Assembly (NCBI GenBank): GCA_951813395.1
Contig: OX638356.1
Location: forward strand, 349,340 to 413,339
Length of the DNA stretch: 64,000 nt
From: Longimicrobiales bacterium
GTDB taxonomy: Bacteria; Gemmatimonadota; Gemmatimonadetes; Longimicrobiales; Gaopeijiaceae
Direction of reading: 5' to 3'
Each line of letters begins with the position of its first letter. The first letter of the stretch is position 1. The position numbers were made by a program, and so were the translations under genes. The notes beneath the pieces are model-generated. The model saw only the letters and a list, made by a program, of their open reading frames with translations, did no database searches and had not been told where the DNA came from. Positions 52,573-62,057 of the stretch are shown one piece after another.

Positions 52573-54461
52573 CAAGAAGATCGCGCATCCCCCTGGCCTG
52601 CCTCATCCTCTTCGGCTGCGCCCCGGATCGGACCGCGCAGCCTGCCGACGCAACCCCGGCTCTGGACCTCATTCTGGAGAACATCTACGGCTCGCGCGGG
52701 CGGGCCGGTGGCAGCGAGATCAGCCCCGACGGACGGTACGTGGCGGTGTCGGCCACGGGCCCCGAAGGGTCGGGGATCTACCTTGTGCCGGCCGACGCCC
52801 CCGCCCCCACCACCGGCACCCTCTGGGCCGAGGGCGGCTCCCCGTCCTGGTTTCCGGAAAGCGACCGTATCGTCTTCCGGCGCGGCGCCGACCTCTGGAG
52901 CATCGACGTCGCTGGCCGCGAGCCAGCCCGCCTCACCGACGACGACGCCAACGAACGCGCCCCTCGCGTCTCGCCCGACGGGAGCCTCGTCGCCTTCTAC
53001 TCGGGCCGCTCGGGCTACCAGGACATCTGGGTGGTCCCCGCCGACGGCTCCACCGCCCCGCGCCAGGTCACCTTCGAAGCCTTCGCCCCCGACGACTTCC
53101 GCTGGTCCCCCGCCTGGGCGCCCGACAGCCGCCGGATCGCCTACGTGTCGAACGCGGCCGACTACTGGCACGACGACATCTGGGTAGTGGACATCGAAAC
53201 CATGGACACCCGCCAGGTCTCGCGCACCCTGATGGCCTCGACCGAGCCCACCTGGTCGCCCGACGGCACGAGGATCGCCCTGCTCGGCACCCACAAGGAC
53301 GGGTACTGGTACGAGGACCTCGCCGACATCTTCATCCTCGACCCGGCAGCGGGCGCCGAGCGCACGGTCAACATGCAGATCCACGCCACCGACTGGCTGC
53401 ACCGCATGCGCATCTTCTGGTCCGGCGACGGCGAGCGCATCCATTTCCCGTACCACGAGCGCGGCGACTTCGACCTGTGGTCGGTACCGGCCCGGGGTGG
53501 GGTCGCCACGCGCGTGACCAACATGGGCGGGTCGCTCGGCTCCATCTCCTCCTCGGCCGGCGCGGAGACCTTCGCCTTTACGCGCGCCACACCGACCCGC
53601 GGGTCCGACGTCGACCTCATCCCCTCCGCCGGAGGCCCACTCCGCCGCCTCACCAACTTCGCCGCCACCTGGAACACGGTGGTCGACCCGGTTGAGATTT
53701 CCTTTCGCAGCTACGACGGCCTCTACATCCAGGGCTTCCTGTACATGCCGCCCGGCCACGTACCCGGCGAACGCCACCCCGCCCTGGTGCAGGTGCACGG
53801 CGGCGGGACCAACTCGTACCTGCACGGCGAGAATCTCTTCGAGCAGTACCTCGCCTCGAAGGGGTACGTCGTGCTCGCGGTGAACTACCGCGGCGGCTCC
53901 GGCTTCGGCCGCGAGTTCCAGGACCTGGGCATCAACGACTGGGCCAACGGACAGGCGCGCGACGCCGCGGCCGCCGGCGAGTTCCTGCGCACCCAGGACT
54001 ACGTGAACGGCAGGGTCGGCATCTACGGCTACAGCTACGGCGGCATCACCAGCATGGCGGCGATCGCGCGGGTGCCCGGCGTCTTCGACGCGGCGGTGCC
54101 GATGGCCGGGATCTACGACTTCGGCGACGCCTACACCAACGCCGACCGGATCGGCCGCATCTTCATCCGGACCGGGCATTCCGGCTCGCCCGAGGAGCAG
54201 CCCGACGTCTACGCCGTGAGCAACACGCTGGCGCGCATCGGGAACATCGACACGCCGCTGCTGATCATGCACGGGGAGCTGGATGTGCGCGCGCCGTACC
54301 GCCAGTTCGAGATCGCGGTCGCCGAGCTGGAGCGCCACGGGAAGGTCTTCGAGAGCCGCAGCTACCCGGGGGAAACGCATGGACTGCGCCCGGCAGCCCG
54401 AATCGACATGTACACACGCGCGGAAACGTTTTTCGACCGGATGCTGAGGGGAGACGGGTAG
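52569..54461 (+). CDS. S9-family serine peptidase with TolB-like beta-propeller
   Basis: Lipobox ILFGC, repeated SPDG motifs, nucleophile GYSYGG, and C-terminal ..HGELDVRAP.. and ..GETHGL... The ATG overlaps the vapC stop (ATGA). Confidence 0.9.
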   Translation: MTRRSRIPLACLILFGCAPDRTAQPADATPALDLILENIYGSRGRAGGSEISPDGRYVAVSATGPEGSGIYLVPADAPAPTTGTLWAEGGSPSWFPESDRIVFRRGADLWSIDVAGREPARLTDDDANERAPRVSPDGSLVAFYSGRSGYQDIWVVPADGSTAPRQVTFEAFAPDDFRWSPAWAPDSRRIAYVSNAADYWHDDIWVVDIETMDTRQVSRTLMASTEPTWSPDGTRIALLGTHKDGYWYEDLADIFILDPAAGAERTVNMQIHATDWLHRMRIFWSGDGERIHFPYHERGDFDLWSVPARGGVATRVTNMGGSLGSISSSAGAETFAFTRATPTRGSDVDLIPSAGGPLRRLTNFAATWNTVVDPVEISFRSYDGLYIQGFLYMPPGHVPGERHPALVQVHGGGTNSYLHGENLFEQYLASKGYVVLAVNYRGGSGFGREFQDLGINDWANGQARDAAAAGEFLRTQDYVNGRVGIYGYSYGGITSMAAIARVPGVFDAAVPMAGIYDFGDAYTNADRIGRIFIRTGHSGSPEEQPDVYAVSNTLARIGNIDTPLLIMHGELDVRAPYRQFEIAVAELERHGKVFESRSYPGETHGLRPAARIDMYTRAETFFDRMLRGDG

Positions 54462-54778
54462 CCGAATCTTGCAGCGGTTGTAACCCGGCCGTAGCATGAT
54501 CGTAGTACTCAGGACGATGAGAGGTCTGGGCGGCGGCGCGGGGGCGAGGGTTGAGCATAGGAACGGGTGGGGTCAAGGTGCCGCCAGGAGCCGATGGACA
54601 TGGCAATCCGGCCCGGCCTCATCTCGAAAGGAGTTGGGCGATGGTCTCTGACCGAACGCCCCCTTGTTCGCGGAACGTTCGCGACGCACCTCGTCGTCCT
54701 GCGCCCCGCCGGCTGCCCGCTTTCTGCCCCAGCTCCCTTCTCAATGGCGATTTCGACGCGTCCATCCACCTAGGAGGA

Positions 54779-57700
54779 ATGATGACGGTTCAATCGTACG
54801 CACTACGACCGAAGACGGTCCCGAAAAGGCGCTGGAAACGCGCAAATGCCATGTCGGGGGCGGTGGCGCTGGCCTTCGCCCTCCTCGCGGGTCCCTTGTC
54901 GGCACAAACGGGCACGATCAGCGGCGTCCTCACCAACGGGGAGACGGGAGAACCCCTTTCCAACGTGCAGATTTCCGTTGAGGGCACCGGGCTCGGAACC
55001 CTGACCAACAACCAGGGCCGGTTTCTCATCCTGAACGTACCGGCGGGAGACCGTGAGGTTGTGGCGCAACTCATCGGTTTCAGGGAGGAGCGGCACACGG
55101 TGTCGCTCGGCTCCGGAGAGTCGGCGCTCGCGGACATCTCCATGTATCCTCTGGCGGTTGAGTTGGAGGGCGTGGTGGTCACGGGAACGGCCATCGCCGC
55201 CCAGAAGCGGGAGGTGGGCAACAGCATCTCCCTGGTGACATCGGACGAGCTCCTCTACTCCGGGGCCATCAACCTGGAGGACGCGCTTCGCGGCCGCGCG
55301 CTGGGCGTAAGCATCACGGGAGCGTCGGGAACGGCCGGCGCGGGGTCCGACATCCTGCTCCGGGGCACCAACTCCGTGAACGGGCGCAACCGCCCGCTTA
55401 TCTACGTCGACGGCGTGCGCATGCCCACCGGCACCCTCGAGGACGGCGTCGGCGAGGCCCAGGAGCACGCCACCTTCCTCGGCAGCATTCGCGAGGAGGA
55501 CATCGAGAGGATCGAGATCATCAAGGGACCCGCGGCGTCCAGTCTCTACGGCACCGACGCCAGCGCCGGGGTCATCCAGATCTTCACGAAGAAGGGCTCG
55601 CCAGGCGAGCCAAGATGGACCATGAACATGCAACAGGGCCTCCAGCGCGTCGGCCACGTGGGACCGAACCTCGACCCCACCGGGCTCCGCGTCAACGACT
55701 GCACCCGCCAGTTCAACCACTCTCTCGAGGAGGGCTACCACTTCAACCGTGACGAGTCGGGATCGCTCATCGGGGACCCCGGCTGCCCCGCCAGCGGCAG
55801 TTGGCTCCGGGACGCCCGCGTCCAGGACTACTCCCTCTCGGTCCGGGGCGGAAGCGAAGACGTCACGTACTTCGCGTCCGCGGGCTACGGCGCGACCGAA
55901 GGCGTCATCGATCCGAACGAGTCGGAGGACGTGAACGTCCGGGCGAACTTCACCTTCAACGGATTCGAGAACTTCCAGATCAACCTCAACAACTTCTACA
56001 CACGCCGGGACATCGCCTGGATCCCCAACGGAGACCAGCTCGAAGGGCTGCTGTACAACGTGGCCCGCGGCGATGAGGGGGAGACACCGGACAACAACGA
56101 TGCCGCGGTGCTGGACATGACGCAGGACCAGGTGATCAACCACTTCAACTCGAGCGCCAACATCGACTGGACGCCCGTGGACAACATGCGGCACCGGCTG
56201 ACCTTCGGGCTGGACTACTCGAATTCGCACTACATCACCCAGCGGCCCTGGCTCTTCTGGAACAACCCGCTCGGCACACGGACCGTGGACATCGAGAATC
56301 GCCGCGTGATCACGCTGGACTACGCGGGCACCTACCTGTTTGAACTCCCGGGCAACTTCACCTCTACCACCTCGGCCGGCGCCCAGTACAACCAGTTCGA
56401 ACACCTGGGCAACCGGACCGATGTGGAAGGCTTCATCGGGCCCGGAGCGAAGGTTCTGGAGAACGCCGAGGAAGTCACGAACTACAACGAGGACCGGGAC
56501 GCTACCGAGGGCGGAGGCTTCTTCGTCCAGGAGCAGATCGGCTGGAGGAACCGTCTCTTTGTCAACGTGGGACTCCGCGCCGACACGCACAGCTCGTTCG
56601 GGCGGGAATACACCCAGGATGTCCGGTTTACGATGTACCCGAAGGCGCAGGCCACCTATACCCTCTCCGACCACGAATTCTGGCCGTCCTGGTGGGAGAC
56701 CTTCCGTCTGCGAGGGGCGTATGGCGAGTCCGGCGAGGCGCCGCCGGCCGACGCCTCGGTCACCATCTTCGAGGCTTCGTCCCTGGCAGACGAGAACAAC
56801 CTGGGCTTCATCATCGACAACCTGGCCAACCGCAGGATCGGTCCCGAGCGCGCCAAGGAGTTCGAGGGCGGTTTCGACGCGTCCCTGTTCGACGGGATCC
56901 TGGCCCTCAACGGGACCGCCTACTATCGGAGAACCTTCGATGGGCTGATCAACGTGGCCCCGGCGCCCTCCAGCGGCATCAACGAGGCCATTCCGCAGAA
57001 CGTCGGCATCTGGGACAGCAGGGGCATCGAGGTCGGGTTGGACTTCCTGGTCTTCGAAGGCTTCAGCAGCCGCGTGAGCGTCAACGCGAACTACCAGTAC
57101 AACCACACCAGGATGGTCGAGCTGGGAGATCCGCAGTTCGAGCAGTTCTCGTTCAGCTACCTCAACCGGTACCGGAAGGACCGGCCGATTCCGGCGCTGT
57201 TCGGCAAGCAGATGTGCAACCCCGACGAAATGGGCGCGCTTCCCACCTACACCGACGACGATGACTGCGTGCTGGACAGCGTCGAGATTGCGAACCATCC
57301 CGACACGTTCTTCTACGCGCCCAGCCGGCCGCCGCACGAAGCGTCCGTGGGCTTCAGGGCCACAGTCTTCAACGACTTCATTGTCGATGCGTTCGGCATC
57401 GCGCAGGTAGGACACTGGCTCTACGACGACCTGGCGCAGGAGCTGGCAGCGGACGGCCTGTGGCCGGAGTGCTGGCCGATCAACGATGCGGTCAACGCCG
57501 GGGTCACGGCCGAGGACCCGAGCATGTACTCCATGTACACCGCGAAGGAGATCGGGCGCTGCTGGGAGAACGAGTCCGACAACGAAGACTGGATGGAGCC
57601 TGCCGACTACTTCCGGCTCCAGGCCGTGAGCCTGTCGTACCGCATGCCGCGGGAGTGGCTGCCAGGTGGCGTTACCGGGGCCACGATCCAGCTCCGGGCG

Positions 57701-57841
57701 ACGAATCTGTTCACGTGGACCCGATTCTCGGGTCTGTATCCCGATGCATTGATCAGACCCGCGCAGCAGACCGCAAGGGGCGCTGGCTACATCCTGCCCC
57801 CAGCCAGGCAGTTCTCGATGAACCTTCGGGTCAACTTCTGA
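54779..57841 (+). CDS. SusC/RagA-type TonB-dependent outer-membrane transporter
   Basis: AGGAGG precedes the ATGATG. Carboxypeptidase-regulatory-like domain (GTISGVLTNGETGEPLSNVQISVEG..TNNQGRFLILNVPAG), plug (..IYVDGVRM..IERIEIIKGPAASSLYGTDASAGVIQIFTKKG), a long barrel, and terminal ..LRVNF. Confidence 0.9.
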   Translation: MMTVQSYALRPKTVPKRRWKRANAMSGAVALAFALLAGPLSAQTGTISGVLTNGETGEPLSNVQISVEGTGLGTLTNNQGRFLILNVPAGDREVVAQLIGFREERHTVSLGSGESALADISMYPLAVELEGVVVTGTAIAAQKREVGNSISLVTSDELLYSGAINLEDALRGRALGVSITGASGTAGAGSDILLRGTNSVNGRNRPLIYVDGVRMPTGTLEDGVGEAQEHATFLGSIREEDIERIEIIKGPAASSLYGTDASAGVIQIFTKKGSPGEPRWTMNMQQGLQRVGHVGPNLDPTGLRVNDCTRQFNHSLEEGYHFNRDESGSLIGDPGCPASGSWLRDARVQDYSLSVRGGSEDVTYFASAGYGATEGVIDPNESEDVNVRANFTFNGFENFQINLNNFYTRRDIAWIPNGDQLEGLLYNVARGDEGETPDNNDAAVLDMTQDQVINHFNSSANIDWTPVDNMRHRLTFGLDYSNSHYITQRPWLFWNNPLGTRTVDIENRRVITLDYAGTYLFELPGNFTSTTSAGAQYNQFEHLGNRTDVEGFIGPGAKVLENAEEVTNYNEDRDATEGGGFFVQEQIGWRNRLFVNVGLRADTHSSFGREYTQDVRFTMYPKAQATYTLSDHEFWPSWWETFRLRGAYGESGEAPPADASVTIFEASSLADENNLGFIIDNLANRRIGPERAKEFEGGFDASLFDGILALNGTAYYRRTFDGLINVAPAPSSGINEAIPQNVGIWDSRGIEVGLDFLVFEGFSSRVSVNANYQYNHTRMVELGDPQFEQFSFSYLNRYRKDRPIPALFGKQMCNPDEMGALPTYTDDDDCVLDSVEIANHPDTFFYAPSRPPHEASVGFRATVFNDFIVDAFGIAQVGHWLYDDLAQELAADGLWPECWPINDAVNAGVTAEDPSMYSMYTAKEIGRCWENESDNEDWMEPADYFRLQAVSLSYRMPREWLPGGVTGATIQLRATNLFTWTRFSGLYPDALIRPAQQTARGAGYILPPARQFSMNLRVNF

Positions 57842-57861
57842 CCGGGCCGAGGAGAGCCAAT

Positions 57862-59373
57862 ATGAAAACGACAGAAACACGAGTGAAATCGATCCTCGGA
57901 CTGCTGGGCATCACTGCGGGGCTTGCGATGGCCGGCTGCGTCGACACCGAACTCCAGGGCGTGATTATCGAGGACGATATCGAGGATCCGAACCTGATGG
58001 TCGCCTTCGTTCGGGGCATCAACTCCGAGCTCCACGACAGTATGAATGACTTCAGCGGCGTCTGGTGGTATGTGGGCTCCGCCACCGACGACTTCAACAA
58101 CGACGGAACCAGCTCCAGCGGCGAAGAGATCCTGGAATACCGCAACTATTCGGACCGTCCCGGAAACACACCGTGGACGCAGCTTCACGAAGCTGCCTGG
58201 GCGGGCTACTACGGTGTGGAGATCACCACCCGGGTCTTCGCCGAAGAGGGGCTCACCAACCATCCGCTTACCGCCCGCTCGTGGATCATCTCCGGGTGGG
58301 CCGAGCGCATGATGGGTGAGCTGTTCTGCGAGTCCGTCTTCAACTACGGGCCGGGTGCAGGCGCGCTGATTGGCCCGAACGATCAGTACGACCCCTCCCG
58401 GACCGTTGACACCGACTCGATCATGAGGAGGTCGGTGAACGCCATGCAGAACGCGCTCACCGTAGCCGAGGCCGCCGTAGCCGCCGGGGCCCCCACACCC
58501 GACGGCGACGAGCGCATCTTCGACCCCGTGAAGCTCATGTTCGCGGCCCACGGCGGCATCGCGCAGGCCGCGGTGCTGATGGGCGACTGGGATCTGGCGG
58601 TGTCGCATGCCGCCCAGGTGCCCGACGACTTCATCCTGTACAGCCACTCCGATCCGGAGGTGGAGGACAACGGCTGGTTCGACGTCTCCTTCCAGAACGA
58701 CGACTTCACGCTCTGGAACACCCCGGTGCACCGGGTATTCCACGACGATCCGCGCGTCCCCTGGATCAAGTGCGGCGAATGGCGGTCCGACACGCTGCGG
58801 ACGAGACACGGGTCCGCCGGGGATATCCGCGATACCGGCCTGTGCGACCGGACCACGGGGTATGGCGGCGAGTTCCGGGCGGAGAGCAACAGGATGCCGC
58901 TCTACTCCTCCCTGAAGTCCGAAACCGAGGGGCTGCTGGTGCGGCCGGGTGGCGAGACGGGGGAGGATGCCGATTATCCCATGGTGCGGGGCACCGAGAT
59001 GTTGCTGATCCGCGCGGAGAAGGCGCTGCTGGACGGCAACCTGGCGCAGTTCACGACCCTGGTGAACCGGGGTCGGGCCGTGTACGGCATGGATCCCATC
59101 GAGGCGCCCACCAGCGTTGGGGCGCTGGAATACCCAAACGCCGAGGACGACGCATGGTCGATCCTGGATCGTGAACGCTACGTGATCATGCACCTGGAGG
59201 GCCGGCGCCTCGCCGACATGAGGCGCTGGCAGCACCCGTACATCGCCGAGAGTCACGCGATCAACACGCGGGTGGAGGCCGAGAACGGGCCGTCCAGGGT
59301 GGTGTATTGCATGCCCATCGCGGACATCGAGTGCGACGCGAATTCCGAATTCAACTGCCCCGGCGTGGGATGA
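57862..59373 (+). CDS. SusD/RagB-family outer-membrane lipoprotein
   Basis: Lipobox LAMAGC. Immediately follows the SusC-like gene. C-terminal ..MLLIRAEKALLDGN.. and ..RERYVIMHLEGRRLADMRRW.. are typical of SusD-like TPR folds. Confidence 0.8.
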   Translation: MKTTETRVKSILGLLGITAGLAMAGCVDTELQGVIIEDDIEDPNLMVAFVRGINSELHDSMNDFSGVWWYVGSATDDFNNDGTSSSGEEILEYRNYSDRPGNTPWTQLHEAAWAGYYGVEITTRVFAEEGLTNHPLTARSWIISGWAERMMGELFCESVFNYGPGAGALIGPNDQYDPSRTVDTDSIMRRSVNAMQNALTVAEAAVAAGAPTPDGDERIFDPVKLMFAAHGGIAQAAVLMGDWDLAVSHAAQVPDDFILYSHSDPEVEDNGWFDVSFQNDDFTLWNTPVHRVFHDDPRVPWIKCGEWRSDTLRTRHGSAGDIRDTGLCDRTTGYGGEFRAESNRMPLYSSLKSETEGLLVRPGGETGEDADYPMVRGTEMLLIRAEKALLDGNLAQFTTLVNRGRAVYGMDPIEAPTSVGALEYPNAEDDAWSILDRERYVIMHLEGRRLADMRRWQHPYIAESHAINTRVEAENGPSRVVYCMPIADIECDANSEFNCPGVG

Positions 59374-59392
59374 CCCGCCTGCCCGGATCCGA

Positions 59393-59433
59393 GACGCCCA
59401 CCCCGCCTGCCATGGTCGGGCGGGGTGGGCGTC
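59393..59433 (+). terminator. Long perfect hairpin downstream of the SusD-like gene
   Basis: GACGCCCACCCCGCC - 11-nt loop - GGCGGGGTGGGCGTC (15-bp stem). There is no clear U-tract, so terminator function is uncertain. Confidence 0.45.
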
Positions 59434-59465
59434 CACGGCTTCCGGGCTTCGAAACGGAGGACACG

Positions 59466-59861
59466 ATGCGCTTTCACCGCTCTGGCACGATCCTGCTCGC
59501 TTTCGTCCTGTTCCTGGGCGCCTGCTACCCCGGCAGGGCGAACTCCGGCGCCGGCCAGAACCCGGACCTGATCGGGAACTGGGAGCTCCAGGAGCTGTCC
59601 GACTACAACGCCCTCGAAGCGATTCGCCGCCTCCGCCCCGCCTGGCTGCGCGCCGGAACCAGGCCCTCGGTCGCGGTGGGACGAACCACCAGCTATCCCA
59701 GGGTTCATTTGAACGGCGTTCCCCTGTCGGCCTTCGGTCAGCTGGAAGAGATAAGCGCGGCCGATGTGCGTGAGATGCGATTCCTCAATGGCCCCGACGC
59801 GTCCACGCGGTTCGGTACCGGCTACGTGAACGGGGCGATTCTGATCACCCTCGAGCGCTGA
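59466..59861 (+). CDS. Plug-domain-only lipoprotein (paralog of 10359..10766)
   Basis: GGAGG upstream. Lipobox FLGAC. ..YNALEAIRRLRPAWL.., ..VHLNGVPL.., ..EMRFLNGPDASTRFGTGYVNGAILITLE. Confidence 0.7.
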   Translation: MRFHRSGTILLAFVLFLGACYPGRANSGAGQNPDLIGNWELQELSDYNALEAIRRLRPAWLRAGTRPSVAVGRTTSYPRVHLNGVPLSAFGQLEEISAADVREMRFLNGPDASTRFGTGYVNGAILITLER

Positions 59862-60389
59862 CCCGAGGACTCGCCCGACAGCCAGGAACGGGTTTCGTAC
59901 GCATATCGCCGGATTGGGAATCTCATCCGTCGCCCTGTTCGTCCGTCTCGCTCTGATATGCTACGCCGCCGGAGTGCTGGTGGAGGGGGTGCCGAATGCA
60001 ATCCCTGTGCCATCACGGCGGAAGAGCTGCCAGGCGTTCCCGCCGATGACACTCACGACGATCCAGTTGCTGCGACCGACGTGGTTCACCCACAGATCGA
60101 GCGATCGCCCCAGGTGTTTCTTGAACAAATCGCATCGGAGAGGCCGCCGTGAGCTTGGGACGTTCCGTCCCGAGATGGTCTGGGGACTTCACTTCATCGA
60201 CGCGACCGAACCGACGACCCGGTGGGGAAGAGGGCTTATGGCCGACGGCATCGACGTCACCACTCGGCAGTGGGCGGGTATTGAGCCCGGGACGCGAAGG
60301 CCTCGTGCCGGTGCTTCTGGCCTCGAGAATATTGTCGTGCTAGTGAGTTTGACGAGGTGGAGACCCGCGGAATCGGCCGCCCTTGCGCG

Positions 60390-61562
60390 CTACCCATCCG
60401 TTCCCATCTGCACCGTTTCATAGACGTACAACCGTTGTCGCCCTACCTGGTCAGCGATGCGAACCAGCGCCCAATTGGCTCCGATGTCCATAATCCGCCT
60501 TCCAGGCGGAAGGCGGAGCGTCTGCGTCCATTTGCCACTGTCGTCTAGATACACCCAAACGACGTTTGGATCGCCGGCCCGATAGTAGTGCTGCACCCAC
60601 ACGCCACCGTTTCTTGCCAACAGAATTCGCCGCACCGAAGGGAACATATCCGGGAGCCTAGAACGCTCGCCGACCCAGGCTTCCTCAATGAGTTTCTTCC
60701 AGCCGGGCTCGTCGCTCCTCTCAAGGTTGTACGAAAAGTACCTGTTCCGCCGTGCCTCGATATGTTCCGGCGTCACGCCCAGACCCGGGCCCTTCCATCG
60801 AACTACCCGAGTCGTGCGGCCAGACCACGCGATGAACTCGATCTCGTACGTGTCTGCCGTGGATAGCCACACGCCTTTGTCGGTGGCTGCCAGTACGATC
60901 TCCTTTCCCAAAGGGCGTGGCCCAGACACTGGCTCAAGCCCTTCTTGTATGTAGACCCACCGGTCCGCGCCCGGGATCCCGTCCCGCACGAGTACCGGAG
61001 CGGTGTGGCTAACGTCCCAGGAATAGAGCGGTTGTGGTGAGCGATAGGGACCCGCCACTTTAGGCGTACGGCCATAATTCGTGAACACGACCCGACCTTG
61101 AGGCGAGCAAGAAATGCTCGTAGCGGCACGACTCAGCGGCCAAGTGCTCAGCACTTGGCCGCTCACATCCAAGACCGTGATTCGTCGGTTCTCCCAATCG
61201 TAGACGAAGATTCGCCGGTCACCGACACACCCGGGCGGCACCTGTGGGCTTCCGAACTCGCCGGGGCCCTCTCCGCGGCGCCCAACACTCCAAAGATGTC
61301 GACCGAAGGAATCGTAACGACGTATTTCCGACGCAGCGCGAACCGCAACCACGACACTCCCGTCTTCCAATAGCGCGGCCCCTGCAACGTCGTCCAGAAG
61401 GTAATCCTCAGGACCCTCCGCTACGCCGATGGTCGTGGTCGCCTTGCTCGCCAACCGCATTTCGGTGGCCGGTTCGAACTGAACCGGGACGTCGTACGAA
61501 CCCGCGCACCCTGCAAATATCCAGATTGCAACCAGCAACCAAGTACTTCGCCCTGTCATCAT
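60390..61562 (-). CDS. 6-bladed beta-propeller (NHL/BF3164-like) lipoprotein, lower-GC copy
   Basis: Lipobox IFAGC and GEGPGEF blade motif. Paralogous architecture to 10864..12090. GC is lower than the surroundings. Confidence 0.7.
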   Translation of the reverse strand: MMTGRSTWLLVAIWIFAGCAGSYDVPVQFEPATEMRLASKATTTIGVAEGPEDYLLDDVAGAALLEDGSVVVAVRAASEIRRYDSFGRHLWSVGRRGEGPGEFGSPQVPPGCVGDRRIFVYDWENRRITVLDVSGQVLSTWPLSRAATSISCSPQGRVVFTNYGRTPKVAGPYRSPQPLYSWDVSHTAPVLVRDGIPGADRWVYIQEGLEPVSGPRPLGKEIVLAATDKGVWLSTADTYEIEFIAWSGRTTRVVRWKGPGLGVTPEHIEARRNRYFSYNLERSDEPGWKKLIEEAWVGERSRLPDMFPSVRRILLARNGGVWVQHYYRAGDPNVVWVYLDDSGKWTQTLRLPPGRRIMDIGANWALVRIADQVGRQRLYVYETVQMGTDG

Positions 61563-61616
61563 GCAATTGAGGCACGCGCGAGGTACCGCCAGCGGGTGAG
61601 GATCAATGGCTAAAGG

Positions 61617-61901
61617 CTAATCCGCAGCGTCGTCGTCGTACCCTTCGTCACTAGGCGGGTATTCCGGGAGCAGTTGGCGGCACATTGAGTACTTCGTGTC
61701 GCACTTGTCGTCAACGTCCCCACAGGACCATTGGTACATGGCTTTGCACTCAGTGCCCTGGCAGATGCCCTCGGTGACACGAACCTGACCGGTTCCCCAG
61801 TCTACGCTCACGGGCATTAGGGCAGCGGCCAGAATCGCGGCGACGATGGCCACGCGGCGGCCTAAGCGCGCTCTTGCTGTCGTGCTGCTAGTGGAATCCA
61901 T
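61617..61901 (-). CDS. Small secreted/anchored Cys-rich acidic-tailed protein (94 aa)
   Basis: GAGGGA lies 6 nt upstream of the ATG at 61901. MDSTSSTTARARLGRRVAIVAAILAAALMPVSV (signal/anchor), then GICQGTECKAMYQWSCGDVDDKCDTKYSMC (5 Cys), then the acidic tail EGYDDDAAD. It sits 54 nt upstream of the propeller gene on the same strand. Confidence 0.55.
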   Translation of the reverse strand: MDSTSSTTARARLGRRVAIVAAILAAALMPVSVDWGTGQVRVTEGICQGTECKAMYQWSCGDVDDKCDTKYSMCRQLLPEYPPSDEGYDDDAAD

Positions 61902-61949
61902 CAGTTTCCCTCGGTTGAAGTTGTTGGGACACGGCGGCTCCTCAACTGC

Positions 61950-61979
61950 ACTATAAGTGCTACGAAGTCGCAATGGCAA
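61950..61979 (-). promoter_or_regulatory. Near-consensus sigma70-type promoter for the Cys-rich gene
   Basis: Minus strand: TTGCCA (61979-61974) - 18 nt - TATAGT (61955-61950), about 45 nt upstream of the ATG at 61901. Confidence 0.5.
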
Positions 61980-62057
61980 GGTGCTCCGCACCTAGAACGC
62001 CGAGCTAGTGGCCAATCGCGATTGCCCGTATTCTGACCATTGCCAGTGCTTGACCAT

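Noticed and set aside
54462-54778. 317-nt leader upstream of the SusC-like gene, examined as a possible cobalamin or other riboswitch
   Set aside because: There are only loose resemblances (GGAACGGGTG.., GCCAGGAGCC) to the B12-element core. I could not trace the conserved B12 box or a convincing multi-stem fold by eye. It needs an Rfam/Infernal scan before any claim.
54803-57880. 1025-aa ORF antisense to the SusC-like gene
   Set aside because: It is a shadow ORF opposite a gene with unmistakable TBDR motifs. Its composition is dominated by R/G/V/P and it has no recognisable domains.
59914-60423. 169-aa plus-strand ORF in the low-GC gap
   Set aside because: It has no SD and poor codon bias, the translation is featureless and Arg-rich, and it overlaps the 3' end of the propeller gene. 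It is probably non-coding or decayed DNA.
61902-61991. N-terminal extension of the Cys-rich ORF to the start at 61991 (124-aa version in the track)
   Set aside because: The extension would begin upstream of the near-consensus promoter (61950-61979) and lacks an SD. The ATG at 61901 has GAGGGA at the proper spacing and begins a sensible signal sequence.
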